Positions 23,013-32,182 of a DNA stretch of 32,281 bases are shown in pieces. Under the pieces are notes generated by a model, which was not told where the DNA came from, did not search any database, and worked only from the letters and a program-made list of their open reading frames with translations. A program made the translations under genes and the position numbers. The stretch comes from Rubrobacterales bacterium (GTDB taxonomy: Bacteria > Actinomycetota > Rubrobacteria > Rubrobacterales > Rubrobacteraceae): contig JBBPZK010000194.1 in NCBI GenBank assembly GCA_038199155.1, positions 1 to 32,281 on the forward strand, given 5' to 3'. Positions within the stretch are counted from its first letter, which is position 1. Each line of letters opens with the position of its first letter.

Positions 23013-24155
23013 CTAGCCTTTCCTGGGCTGCGTCCCGAGCTTCACCTCGACCTGCCTGGGCTTCTCGTTCGGGGTGACGACCGTGAGCTTCACACTATCG
23101 CCGGGTTTCAAGGAGTTGACCACGTTTATAACGTCGTCCGGGGTCGCCACCCGCTCCCCGTTCGCCTTTGTTATAACGTCGCCGAGCGGGATCTTTCCGA
23201 GCTTCCCAATCGCCTTCTCCTTACCTTTGCCACCGGAGATACCGGCTTTATCCGCCGGTCCTCCCTTGACGGCCTCTTCCACTATGGCGCCGTGCGAAGG
23301 CAGACCGTACTCTTTCTTGAGCTTCTCGTCCGAGAGGGCAGTATAAGCGCCAAGCTCTCCGATGCCCACCGGGAGCATCCGCACGCCTATATAGCCGTGC
23401 TCGACCTTGCCCGTCGTCGCGAGTTGCTTGACCACGCTCTTCACGGTATTTATGGGTATGGCGAACCCGACCCCCTGGGAGGCGCCCGTCTCGGAGGCGA
23501 TCTGGGCGTTGATCCCGATGACCGTTCCACGCGAATCGAGGAGCGGCCCACCGGAGTTGCCCGGGTTTATGGCGGCGTCGGTCTGTACGGCGTTGCTTAT
23601 GGTGTAGTTGTTCGGGGCTTTTATCGGGCGCCCGATAGCGCTGACGATGCCGCTCGTCGCGCTGATACCAACGTTCAAGGGGTTCCCGATGGCGACCACC
23701 GGCTCCCCCACCCCGACCGCGTCAGAATTCCCGAGCGTGAGCGGAGCGAGGAGCTTCTCGGGAGCGTCTACCTTCAACAACGCGACGTCGGTAGATGGGT
23801 CCTGGCCCACTACCTTCGCCTCCTTGCGGGAGCCATCGGCGAACTGCACCGAGATGCCGTTCGCCCCTTCGACCACGTGCTGATTGGTAACGATGTGACC
23901 GTTTTTGTCCAGCACGAACCCGGAGCCTCCGGCAGCCCCTTGTTTCGAAGCCACGTCCACGCTGACCACGCCTGGACCATCGCGCTTGTATACCTTGCGC
24001 GCCGAGAAACCGGAGCTGCTCGTCGAAACTGCGCTGTTTTGTGAAGAAGAAGGAGCTTCCTTGATCGTCACATTACCGGACTGATTACCCAACCCGGATA
24101 CCCCGAGCACAACCAACAGGGCGGCGATCAAACCGCCTATCAGGGCCGAAACCAC
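23013..24155 (-). CDS. HtrA/DegP-family serine protease (S1C) with a C-terminal PDZ domain and an N-terminal membrane anchor
   Basis: The catalytic triad blocks are TNQHVVEGA, DVALLKV and GNSGGPLLD, with a PDZ-like C-terminus. The GTG 24155 start lacks an SD. An in-frame CTG at 24176 has GGAAGGA 7 nt upstream. Confidence 0.85.
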   Translation of the reverse strand: MVSALIGGLIAALLVVLGVSGLGNQSGNVTIKEAPSSSQNSAVSTSSSGFSARKVYKRDGPGVVSVDVASKQGAAGGSGFVLDKNGHIVTNQHVVEGANGISVQFADGSRKEAKVVGQDPSTDVALLKVDAPEKLLAPLTLGNSDAVGVGEPVVAIGNPLNVGISATSGIVSAIGRPIKAPNNYTISNAVQTDAAINPGNSGGPLLDSRGTVIGINAQIASETGASQGVGFAIPINTVKSVVKQLATTGKVEHGYIGVRMLPVGIGELGAYTALSDEKLKKEYGLPSHGAIVEEAVKGGPADKAGISGGKGKEKAIGKLGKIPLGDVITKANGERVATPDDVINVVNSLKPGDSVKLTVVTPNEKPRQVEVKLGTQPRKG

Positions 24156-24204
24156 CGCCGTAAGTATGGTTTTCAGAACCTTTTCCTTCCGTAGCTGTTC
24201 GCCA

Positions 24205-25743
24205 TTATATCCGCCTGACCTGAACGCTTACATCGTTCACTTTCCACTCTCCACCCTCGTCTACGAGCGTCCAGGTCCCTGTGTTGCGCTCGACACGGTC
24301 GGTATGGACGGCTATGGTAGTGCCCGTAACCGTCGCCGTATCTCCGTTTACTACGGCCGTCGGCCCCTGGATGAACTTTATGCTCTGTAGGGTGTCGAAG
24401 GTGGCGGCCCAGTTCGCCTCGGAGCCTACGGTATCCTGCTTGAATTGTCCGGAGAGTAAGCTGTAAGACGTATTGTAGTTCTTCGCGGCGGCGCTGGAGT
24501 ACATCTCCTTCACCGCTTTCTCGGCCGCGCCCGTAGTCAGGCCGCTTGCGGAGTCGACCTGTGTAACGGGCTGCTCTTGAGGAGCACTGGTGTTCTGCTG
24601 GGCAACAGTCTCTTGCCGTTTGGCCGGCTCCGATTTTTGCGCAGGCTTTTGCGAGGGCTTCCGTCTGGCTTCCTGCCGGGGAGTCGTCTGGGCGCTTATA
24701 GACGGCTGGTTGTCTTGTTTCTTACCCTGTGTCGAGTTGCCGCCTCCTCCGAGGAGGTTGGGCACCGCAAGCGCGATGCCGGCCAGAGCCACGAGTATCA
24801 ACAGGGCGAGGAGCGCGAACACACCCCGCGCGCGTTTCCGGTTACCCGTATTTTCCGGTCTGGCCTGAACTCGCGGTGCCGGGGCTGGTTTACGAATCTC
24901 CGGCACAGCCTGGGCACGCGTCTCGCTGACAGGTTGGTAGAGTTCCATAAGTGTGTCGCGGACTTCCCCGGCGGTCGGACGAGAGTCCGGGTCTTTTGCG
25001 AGGCAGGCGAGGATCAGGGTTTCCAACTTTTCGCCTACACGGGCGCCGGTCTCTCGCGGCGGGAGTGGTTCCTCCGTGGCGTGCCGGTCCGCCAACTCCA
25101 CCGGGCTCCCGGAGAAAGGCTGCTCCCCGGTCGCCGCCTGGTAGAGCGTTATCCCGAGTGAATACACGTCGCTCTTGGCAGTCGCCTTCTCGCCTCTTAG
25201 TTGTTCCGGGGAAGAGTAGGCTGCGGTTCCGAGGTAGGTGCCGGTTCTGGTCACCTGGGTCGCGTCGAGGGCGCGGGCGATCCCGAAATCGGTCAGCCTG
25301 GGGCTCCCGTTGTCGTCGAGGAGTATGTTGTGGGGCTTTACGTCCCGGTGGACCACACCCCGCCCGTGGGCGTGGTCGAGGGCCGCAGCGGCCCCTGCCC
25401 CGATCCTGGAGATCTCTCCATCCGATAGAGGCCCTTTCTCGTCTATTAGCTCCTTGAGGTCCCCGCCGGGGACGTACTCCATAACGATGTACGAGATTTC
25501 CCGCCCTTCGAATTCATCCTCTCCGGCATCGTAGACCTGGACGATGTTCGGATGAGAGAGTCGGGCGGAAGTACGTCCCTCACGCCTGAAACGGTCGGAG
25601 ATCTCCGATCCGGCAAAGCCCGGCCTGAGGATCTTGACCGCCACGGCCCGGCCGAGCACCTCGTCGGTACCCATGAGTACACGCGCCATGCCGCCGGACC
25701 CGATCTGGCGTTCGAGACGGAATCGTCCCTTGAGCAGGCTCAA
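24205..25743 (-). CDS. Hanks-type Ser/Thr protein kinase with one TM segment and a non-PASTA extracellular domain
   Basis: The kinase motifs are GSGGMARV, AVKIL, HRDVKPHNILL, DFGIARAL and SPEQ. A TM segment (VFALLALLILVALAGIALAV) follows, then a Pro/Gln-rich linker and a C-terminal domain of about 115 aa. Confidence 0.9.
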   Translation of the reverse strand: MSLLKGRFRLERQIGSGGMARVLMGTDEVLGRAVAVKILRPGFAGSEISDRFRREGRTSARLSHPNIVQVYDAGEDEFEGREISYIVMEYVPGGDLKELIDEKGPLSDGEISRIGAGAAAALDHAHGRGVVHRDVKPHNILLDDNGSPRLTDFGIARALDATQVTRTGTYLGTAAYSSPEQLRGEKATAKSDVYSLGITLYQAATGEQPFSGSPVELADRHATEEPLPPRETGARVGEKLETLILACLAKDPDSRPTAGEVRDTLMELYQPVSETRAQAVPEIRKPAPAPRVQARPENTGNRKRARGVFALLALLILVALAGIALAVPNLLGGGGNSTQGKKQDNQPSISAQTTPRQEARRKPSQKPAQKSEPAKRQETVAQQNTSAPQEQPVTQVDSASGLTTGAAEKAVKEMYSSAAAKNYNTSYSLLSGQFKQDTVGSEANWAATFDTLQSIKFIQGPTAVVNGDTATVTGTTIAVHTDRVERNTGTWTLVDEGGEWKVNDVSVQVRRI

Positions 25744-25774
25744 CGGAGGTCTCCAGGCAAGGAGCCGCCCGGAG

Positions 25775-26587
25775 CTAGATGACCTCTCGGCCCATCGCGC
25801 TGGCGAACGGCTGCAGGGTGCCCCGCAGGTCCATGAGCGCCTCGATGGGAAGCGCCTGCTCCCCGTCGCACAGCGCCTCCTGCGGCTCGTGATGACTTTC
25901 GACCATCAGCCCGTCGGCCTCGGCCGCGACGCTCGCCTTGGAGAGCGGTATGACCAGGTCACGACGTCCGGCGGCGTGGGACGGGTCTACGATCACCGGC
26001 AGGTCCGTCAGGCGCTTGGCGACGATGACCGCCGAGAGGTCCAGCGTGAAGCGCGTGGCCGTCTCGAAGGTGCGGATGCCCCGCTCGCAGAGGACCACGT
26101 TGTCCCCGCCTTCGCTCGTCACGTACTCGGCTGCCTTCAGCCACTCGTCAACCGTCGCCGATAGGCCACGCTTGAGAAGCACCCCGTGGTCGGTGCCGGC
26201 AATTGCCGCGCCGACGCGCTTTAGGAGCGAGAAGTTAGCCATGTTTCGCGCCCCGATCTGGATCACCTGGGCGTGTTCCATCACGGCCTCGATATCGTAG
26301 GGGTCCATCACTTCCGTGACGGCCTTCAAACCGAGGTCGGAGCTTACCTCCGAGAGGATCTCAAGACCCTCTTCGCCGAGACCCTGAAAAGAATATGGGG
26401 AGGTGCGGGGCTTGAACGCTCCACCACGCACATACTCGAAGCCCGCCTGTTTAACAGCCTTCGCGGAGGCTAGAAACTGGTCGTAGCTCTCCACGGTGCA
26501 GGGGCCTGCTATCACCCGGAACGAGCCCGGCTGAATCATGCCGTTGGCGGTCTTTACGTCGGTCTTTACCTGCGTTGAAATGTCCAT
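25775..26587 (-). CDS. aroF: 3-deoxy-7-phosphoheptulonate (DAHP) synthase, class I-beta, catalytic barrel only
   Basis: This 270-aa ORF has the blocks IAGPCTVES, GGAFKPRTSPYSFQG and DPSHA. Confidence 0.9.
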   Translation of the reverse strand: MDISTQVKTDVKTANGMIQPGSFRVIAGPCTVESYDQFLASAKAVKQAGFEYVRGGAFKPRTSPYSFQGLGEEGLEILSEVSSDLGLKAVTEVMDPYDIEAVMEHAQVIQIGARNMANFSLLKRVGAAIAGTDHGVLLKRGLSATVDEWLKAAEYVTSEGGDNVVLCERGIRTFETATRFTLDLSAVIVAKRLTDLPVIVDPSHAAGRRDLVIPLSKASVAAEADGLMVESHHEPQEALCDGEQALPIEALMDLRGTLQPFASAMGREVI

Positions 26588-26589
26588 TG

Positions 26590-26925
26590 CTATTTGTAAA
26601 ACTCCCCGCGTTGAATTTCGAGATCCCGGATGCGGTGTAAGATCAACTCGAATATTTCGCGTATCGAAGTGTCGTATATGGGTCCGGGGTTCTCTTCGGC
26701 GACCTTTCGGAGAATCTCCTCCTCCCGCCTCGGATCTAAGATGGCGACACCCGCCTCGGCCTTTATCGTGGTGAGTTCCTGCACGATACGCGCCCGCTCG
26801 TTGAGGGCCTGGATCAACCGCCGATCCACCTCGTCGACCTGCTCTCTGAGAGCCTGAACTTTTTCCTGCAACTCTGAATCTGCCATAAGATCTGCGATTC
26901 TATCCGTAAGCGGCGCATAAGACAA
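26590..26925 (-). CDS. chorismate mutase (AroQ, CM_2 type)
   Basis: This is a helical protein of about 100 aa with LREQVDEVDRRLIQALNERARIVQEL...DPRREEEIL. Its TAG stop is 2 nt from the DAHP synthase ATG. The start is either TTG 26925 or ATG 26886. Confidence 0.8.
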   Translation of the reverse strand: MSYAPLTDRIADLMADSELQEKVQALREQVDEVDRRLIQALNERARIVQELTTIKAEAGVAILDPRREEEILRKVAEENPGPIYDTSIREIFELILHRIRDLEIQRGEFYK

Positions 26926-26986
26926 CCGCTCCCCGTTGCAAGGACCCGCGCCGGGGGCTAGTCTTTGGGAGTTGTGTCTGAGAACG

Positions 26987-28057
26987 ATGAGGAGCCGTCG
27001 GTTGAAGTTTAGAGCGGAATTGGAACCTTTACGCCCCTACGTACCGCCGAAGTCCTGGAGAACGGCGGCTGAGGGCAAAGATGAGAACGGTTACGCGAAG
27101 CTGACCTCCAACGAGCTGGCCTTCGGGCCGCTCCCGGAAGCCGAAGCGGCCATCTCCGAAGTGCTGGCCCGCGCCAACCGCTACCCCGACAGCCACGCCT
27201 CCCGATTCCGCAAGGCCATAGCGGACGCGAACGCCGGTAGCGAACCAGCCAACGTCCTCGTCGGCAACGGGTCAAGCGAGGTCTTGCTAAACGCGCTGCA
27301 ACTGCTGCCGGGAGGCGGCGAGGTCGTCTATCCCTGGCCGTCGTTCAGCCTCTACCCGACGCTCTGCGCCGTCCTGGGCATGACAGCCCGGCCAGTGCCC
27401 CTGACGAAACAAGGAGAGATCAAACCGGAAGCGCTTCTCTCGGCGGTTGGGCCGGAGACGCGGGCCGTGATCTTATGCAACCCAAATAATCCCAGCGGCT
27501 CCTATCTGACCCTGGACCGGGTGCGAGAGCTAGCTGGAGAGTTACCTGACAGCGTACTCCTGATCGTGGATGAGGCCTACGTGGAGTTCATCGACGACCC
27601 CGCCTATGAAAACTCACACGCTTTAGCCCTCGAAACCGAGAACGTCGTGGTCGCCCGTACGTTCTCGAAAGCTCACGGGCTGGCGGGACTAAGAGCCGGT
27701 TACGGCATCGCGCCGGAGAGGATCGCCGACTACGCCGAACGGGTTCGGTTCCCGGTCTCGGTCAACCTCGTCGCCCAGGTCGCGGCCACGGCCTCGATGC
27801 TCGCCCAGGACAAGGTACGGGAGCGGGCAGAGTTCGTGATTCGGGAACGCAAGCGTCTTCAGGAGGCGTTCGAGCGCGCGCGCCTGGACTTCATGCCGTC
27901 GCAGGGCAACTTCGTGATGGTCAGGTTCGAGGCCGACGACTTCGAGAGGTCCGGCGTCCTCGTGAGAGAAGGCGCTGCCCTCGGATATCCTGGATGGAGC
28001 CGGGTCACGGTCGGCAACTCCGAGGAGAACGACCGGGTTATCAAGGCGCTAGGTTAG
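26987..28057 (+). CDS. hisC: histidinol-phosphate / aromatic aminotransferase (class II)
   Basis: It has the PLP-lysine block RTFSKAHGLAGLRAGYG and NPNNPSG. The start is either ATG 26987 or, better supported by an SD, TTG 27002 (AGGAG 7 nt upstream). Confidence 0.85.
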   Translation: MRSRRLKFRAELEPLRPYVPPKSWRTAAEGKDENGYAKLTSNELAFGPLPEAEAAISEVLARANRYPDSHASRFRKAIADANAGSEPANVLVGNGSSEVLLNALQLLPGGGEVVYPWPSFSLYPTLCAVLGMTARPVPLTKQGEIKPEALLSAVGPETRAVILCNPNNPSGSYLTLDRVRELAGELPDSVLLIVDEAYVEFIDDPAYENSHALALETENVVVARTFSKAHGLAGLRAGYGIAPERIADYAERVRFPVSVNLVAQVAATASMLAQDKVRERAEFVIRERKRLQEAFERARLDFMPSQGNFVMVRFEADDFERSGVLVREGAALGYPGWSRVTVGNSEENDRVIKALG

Positions 28058-28060
28058 GCC

Positions 28061-29107
28061 GTGGCGCGCACGCTCGGGATAATCGGGGTTGGTCTCATCG
28101 GTGGTTCGGTGGGGCTCGCCGCCCGCAAACAAGGCTGGAAGGTCGCCGGCGTCGATGACCCGCAAGTCCTCGAAAGAGCAGTGGAGATCGGGGCCGTGGA
28201 CAACGCCTCGACGCTCGGAGAAGTGAGGGAGGCGGACCTGATCGTGCTGGCCGCGCCTATCTCCCGGGCCACGAAACTCCTCGGAGAACTCGGGCCGACT
28301 AATTCCCTGATCACCGACGTAGCCAGCGCCAAGGGCGCCATAGTAGCCGAGGCCGAGCGGACGAAACTCCGCTTCGTCGGCGGTCATCCGATGGCCGGTA
28401 GCCAACTCGCGGGCGTCGCTAACGCCAGGCCGGACCTCTTTAAAGGCGCCCGCTACTTCCTGACCCCCACCCCCAACACAGACCCGGACGCCTACCGGGA
28501 AGTCGCCGGGTTCGTTAGGGAGCTTGGGGCGACCCCGACGGCAGTTGACCCACAAAAGCACGACCTCCTCATGGCCGCCCTCTCGCACCTGCCGCACCTG
28601 ATGGCGGCGGCGCTGCTAAAAGTCGCCTCGGATATCTCACCGGAGGCGCTCTCTTTCGCCGGGCCGTCCTTCCGGGACCTGACCCGCGTGGGGTCTTCCA
28701 ACCCGGAACTCTGGTCGGACATCCTGTCCGAGAACGCTCCCGCGCTCGGTGAGGCGCTCGGGAGGTTCGCCGGGGCGATGGCCCAACTCGGCAGCGAGGT
28801 CTCGAACCGGGAGAGTATGGAACGACGCTTCCGGGAAGCCCGCGAAGCCTACGATGGCCTCGGAGGCATCCTCGTCGAGAAGAGCGGCCGGAACGTGGAA
28901 GTAGCGATCCCGGTCGAGAACCGCCCCGGCGTCTTCGCCGAAGTAACCACCCTCATGGGCTCCAACAACATAAACATCCTCGACCTCTACGTCCGTCACT
29001 CAAACACCGAACGCGCCGCCCTCGTCCTGACGCTCGACGCCGGCGCCGCAAAAGATGCCCAGGGATTGCTACAGGAAGCCGGCTTCAAAGCAGATCTTCT
29101 AGGTTAG
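28061..29107 (+). CDS. tyrA: prephenate dehydrogenase with a C-terminal ACT domain
   Basis: It has the Rossmann motif IIGVGLIGGS and the GGHPMAGS block. The ACT-like tail reads VEVAIPVENRPGVFAEVTTLMGSNNINI. Confidence 0.85.
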   Translation: MARTLGIIGVGLIGGSVGLAARKQGWKVAGVDDPQVLERAVEIGAVDNASTLGEVREADLIVLAAPISRATKLLGELGPTNSLITDVASAKGAIVAEAERTKLRFVGGHPMAGSQLAGVANARPDLFKGARYFLTPTPNTDPDAYREVAGFVRELGATPTAVDPQKHDLLMAALSHLPHLMAAALLKVASDISPEALSFAGPSFRDLTRVGSSNPELWSDILSENAPALGEALGRFAGAMAQLGSEVSNRESMERRFREAREAYDGLGGILVEKSGRNVEVAIPVENRPGVFAEVTTLMGSNNINILDLYVRHSNTERAALVLTLDAGAAKDAQGLLQEAGFKADLLG

Positions 29108-29162
29108 GCTCTCTACCGCCCACCTTCTTCATCAAGAGACGTTCTATTAGCGCTTCCGCTGT

Positions 29163-29168
29163 CATAAT
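29163..29168 (+). promoter_or_regulatory. -10 box (CATAAT) 8 nt upstream of the AEC-transporter ATG (leaderless candidate)
   Basis: CATAAT lies at 29163-29168 and the ATG at 29177. No SD is present. Confidence 0.3.
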
Positions 29169-29176
29169 GCACGCTC

Positions 29177-30109
29177 ATGTTGCTGACTACATTCGCCGGG
29201 GTCCTGGTTCCAATACTCGTGGTCGTGGGGTCCGGGTACCTGCTGTGCCGGGTCCTGGATCCGGACATCCGGCCCATAAACCGGATCAGCCTGTATCTGC
29301 TAAGCCCAGCCTTGATCTTCTCCTCTCTTGTGAAGGCCCGTATCCCTCAGGGCGAGACCCTGCGCATCGTCTCCTTCATGCTCTTGCTGGTAGGGTGCAT
29401 GGCGCTACTGGCGTGGTCTTCGAGCAAACTCTTCCGCTTCGACTCTTCGACCACCACGGCCATGATGCTCTGCACCATGTTCACCAACACGGGCAACTAC
29501 GGGCTGCCCCTGGCTCGTTTCGCCTTCGGCGAGAGCGGTTTCGAGCGTGCGGTGGTGTTTTTCGTGGCCCAGGCCATCCTGACCCAGACTCTAGGCGTCT
29601 ACATAGCCGGGGCGGGACAGGGTGGTTGGCGCAAGGGTGTATCGAGACTGATAAGGATGCCGCAGGTGTACGCCGTCGGGGCGGCGCTGGTGGTGCGCTG
29701 GGCCGGAGTAGGACTCAACGCTTCGTCCGGCGGGCTCGCTAACGACCTGTTTCGCGGCGTGTCGCTGATGGGGGATGCGGCGATACCACTGCTGCTCGTT
29801 ATACTGGGTCTTCAGTTAGCGAAGGCGAATATCGCATCCGGGGACCGGCTGCCGATCTCGCTGGCGACGAGCATAAGGCTCCTGGTATCCATACCCCTCT
29901 CCCTGGCGCTGGCCCACCTTCTCGGCATGGATGTCCTGTCTACCAAACTCGCGGTGGTCCTGGGCAGCATGTCCACGGCGGTAAACGTAACCATCCTGGC
30001 GGTGGAGTTCGACACCCGTCCCTCGCTGGTCGGCAGCGTGGTCGCCGCCTCCACGGCTCTCAGTTTCATCACCCTGACCATCTTGCTCACGGTGTTGGGC
30101 GCGGGATAG
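29177..30109 (+). CDS. AEC-family (auxin efflux carrier / Mem_trans) transporter
   Basis: This 310-aa ORF has about 10 TM helices and the typical AEC N-terminus (LLTTFAGVLVPILVVVGSGYLL). Confidence 0.85.
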   Translation: MLLTTFAGVLVPILVVVGSGYLLCRVLDPDIRPINRISLYLLSPALIFSSLVKARIPQGETLRIVSFMLLLVGCMALLAWSSSKLFRFDSSTTTAMMLCTMFTNTGNYGLPLARFAFGESGFERAVVFFVAQAILTQTLGVYIAGAGQGGWRKGVSRLIRMPQVYAVGAALVVRWAGVGLNASSGGLANDLFRGVSLMGDAAIPLLLVILGLQLAKANIASGDRLPISLATSIRLLVSIPLSLALAHLLGMDVLSTKLAVVLGSMSTAVNVTILAVEFDTRPSLVGSVVAASTALSFITLTILLTVLGAG

Positions 30110-30136
30110 AGACCGGGCCGCCGCCCATGGAGAGAC

Positions 30137-31030
30137 CTATCTGTTCAGCAGGTGCCGGAACGCGCCTTCCAGCTCCGGGTAGAGGAACCGGTAGCCTGAT
30201 TCCTCCAGCTTCGCGGGCTCGACGCGGGCGCTAGCGAGGAGCAAAGCATCGGCGACCTCACCAAACGCTATCCGGGTAGCGGCAGCCGGGACGGCAAAGA
30301 ACGTCGGACGGTTCAGGACGCGGCCGAGGGTCTTCGTGTACCGGGTGTTGGTGAGCGGGTTTGGCGCGGTGACGTTGGCCGGACCTTCCAGGGAGTCCGT
30401 GCGGAGGGCGTGGAGTATGGCGCCGACGATATCGTCCAAGGCGACCCAGCTCCACCACTGTTCTCCGCTCCCTATCTTGCCGCCCCCGCCGAGCTTGAAG
30501 ATGGGAAGCGTGGTGCCCAGCGCCCCGCCGTCGGGGCTAAGGACTATACCGAAGCGCAGGTTAACTACCCGGATGCTGGCAGTGCGGGCCGGTTCAGTCG
30601 CCCGCTCCCACTCCCGGATGACCTGAGGCAGGAAACCGTAGCCCATCTCGCTGTCCTCCCGCAATACCTCATCGCCACGGTCGCCGTAGTAGCCCGTCGC
30701 AGAAGCGCAGACCATCACTGACGGCTTCTTCTCCATCCGGGCGAGCCTGGAGACGAGCAGTCGGGTACCCTGGGTCCTGCTGTCCAAAATCTTTCTTTTC
30801 TTCTCCGGGGTCCACCGCCCCATTATGTTCTCTCCGGCCAGATGCACGGCTGCGTCCACGTCTCCGAGCCGCGAATCGTCTATCCGCCCCTCGGAAGGTT
30901 CCCAATTAACAGTGTCCTCCGAACTACCCTCCGAGCGCGTGAGACGGATGACGCGATGGCCTTCGTTTTCGAGTGCGGGGACGAGAGCCGACCCGATAAG
31001 ACCGCCTGCCCCGCTGACCAGAACGTTCAA
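30137..31030 (-). CDS. TIGR01777/SDR39U1-family epimerase-like oxidoreductase (YfcH-like, with a DUF1731-type C-terminus)
   Basis: It has the Rossmann motif VSGAGGLIGSAL and family-typical blocks (VVNLRFGIVLSPDGGAL, GSGEQWWSWVALDD). It has a TTG start with a GGAGG SD 6 nt upstream. Confidence 0.85.
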   Translation of the reverse strand: MNVLVSGAGGLIGSALVPALENEGHRVIRLTRSEGSSEDTVNWEPSEGRIDDSRLGDVDAAVHLAGENIMGRWTPEKKRKILDSRTQGTRLLVSRLARMEKKPSVMVCASATGYYGDRGDEVLREDSEMGYGFLPQVIREWERATEPARTASIRVVNLRFGIVLSPDGGALGTTLPIFKLGGGGKIGSGEQWWSWVALDDIVGAILHALRTDSLEGPANVTAPNPLTNTRYTKTLGRVLNRPTFFAVPAAATRIAFGEVADALLLASARVEPAKLEESGYRFLYPELEGAFRHLLNR

Positions 31031-31222
31031 GCTACGCCTCCTACATCCGCCGTTACACCGTTCCGTACATCTTAACCTCCGTACTGTTATCCGGCACTCC
31101 GGACCAACAGCGGATCGATGACATTTGTACCGCCCAAGAGTGGACCGTTGGCTCTACAAGCCCTCCCGCCCACCGGGCAGAATAATCAGCGTCACATCCA
31201 GAGCTATTGAGAGGAGAGCGCG

Positions 31223-32182
31223 ATGGGCAAGCGAACGTTGGAGAAGGAGCCCGTGAAACGGAGAGGGCAAACGGATAAAACGCCTAACGCCGTGAGCTTC
31301 GTCGGGGCTTCGAAAAGCTACGGCGAGGTTCGGGCGGTGGATGGGCTGGATCTGTCCATCCACAGCGGGGAGACGGTCGCGTTGCTCGGCCCGAACGGTG
31401 CCGGAAAGTCTACGACAATCAGCATGCTCCTCAGGCTGCTCCCGCCGGATAAAGGAACGGTACGCTTGTTCGGCGAATCACCACACGCGGCGGTAGCGGC
31501 CGGGCGGGTTGGCTCCATGTTGCAGGAAGCCGGGCTACCTTCCAACGTCAAGGTTGGGGAGCTAGTCTCCTTCGTGCGCGGGCTCTATCCGGAGCCGATA
31601 CCGGTCGAGGAGATACTGGCGACCGCCAGCATCGCTGATCTTGTTGGCCGGCGGTCGGATAAGCTCTCCGGAGGCCAAACAGCGAGGGTACGGTTCGCAC
31701 TCGCGCTGGCTGGAGACCCGGACCTACTGGTGCTGGACGAGCCGACGGCGGCGATGGACGTGGAGTCTCGACGGGCTTTCTGGAAGAGCATGCGCTCCCA
31801 CGCGGATACCGGACGTACGATCCTGTTCTCTACCCACTACCTGGAGGAGGCCGACACGAACGCCGACCGGATCGTGGTCATCGCCGGAGGACGAATAGTC
31901 GCCGATGGCTCGGGGGCGGAGATCAAAGGTACCGTAGGCGAGCGCACGGTGAGCTTCGACCTCGCCGGCAATTCTTCTGAAGGCCTCGACCGGCTCCCCG
32001 GCGTAGTCTCGGTTGAACTTCGCGGCGACCGGGCCAGCCTGCGGAGCGCCGACTCCGATGCGACAGTCGCCACCCTGATCGGCGAGCGAGGAACCCCACG
32101 CAACCTGGAGATAAACGGCGCGAGACTCGAAGAAGCTTTCCTCGCTCTCACCAAGAGCAACACGACACGAGAGGAGAACTAA
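31223..32182 (+). CDS. ABC transporter ATP-binding protein (ABC-2/DrrA-like)
   Basis: It has Walker A GPNGAGKST, the signature LSGGQ and Walker B LLVLDEPT. A GAGGAG SD precedes ATG 31223. Confidence 0.9.
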   Translation: MGKRTLEKEPVKRRGQTDKTPNAVSFVGASKSYGEVRAVDGLDLSIHSGETVALLGPNGAGKSTTISMLLRLLPPDKGTVRLFGESPHAAVAAGRVGSMLQEAGLPSNVKVGELVSFVRGLYPEPIPVEEILATASIADLVGRRSDKLSGGQTARVRFALALAGDPDLLVLDEPTAAMDVESRRAFWKSMRSHADTGRTILFSTHYLEEADTNADRIVVIAGGRIVADGSGAEIKGTVGERTVSFDLAGNSSEGLDRLPGVVSVELRGDRASLRSADSDATVATLIGERGTPRNLEINGARLEEAFLALTKSNTTREEN

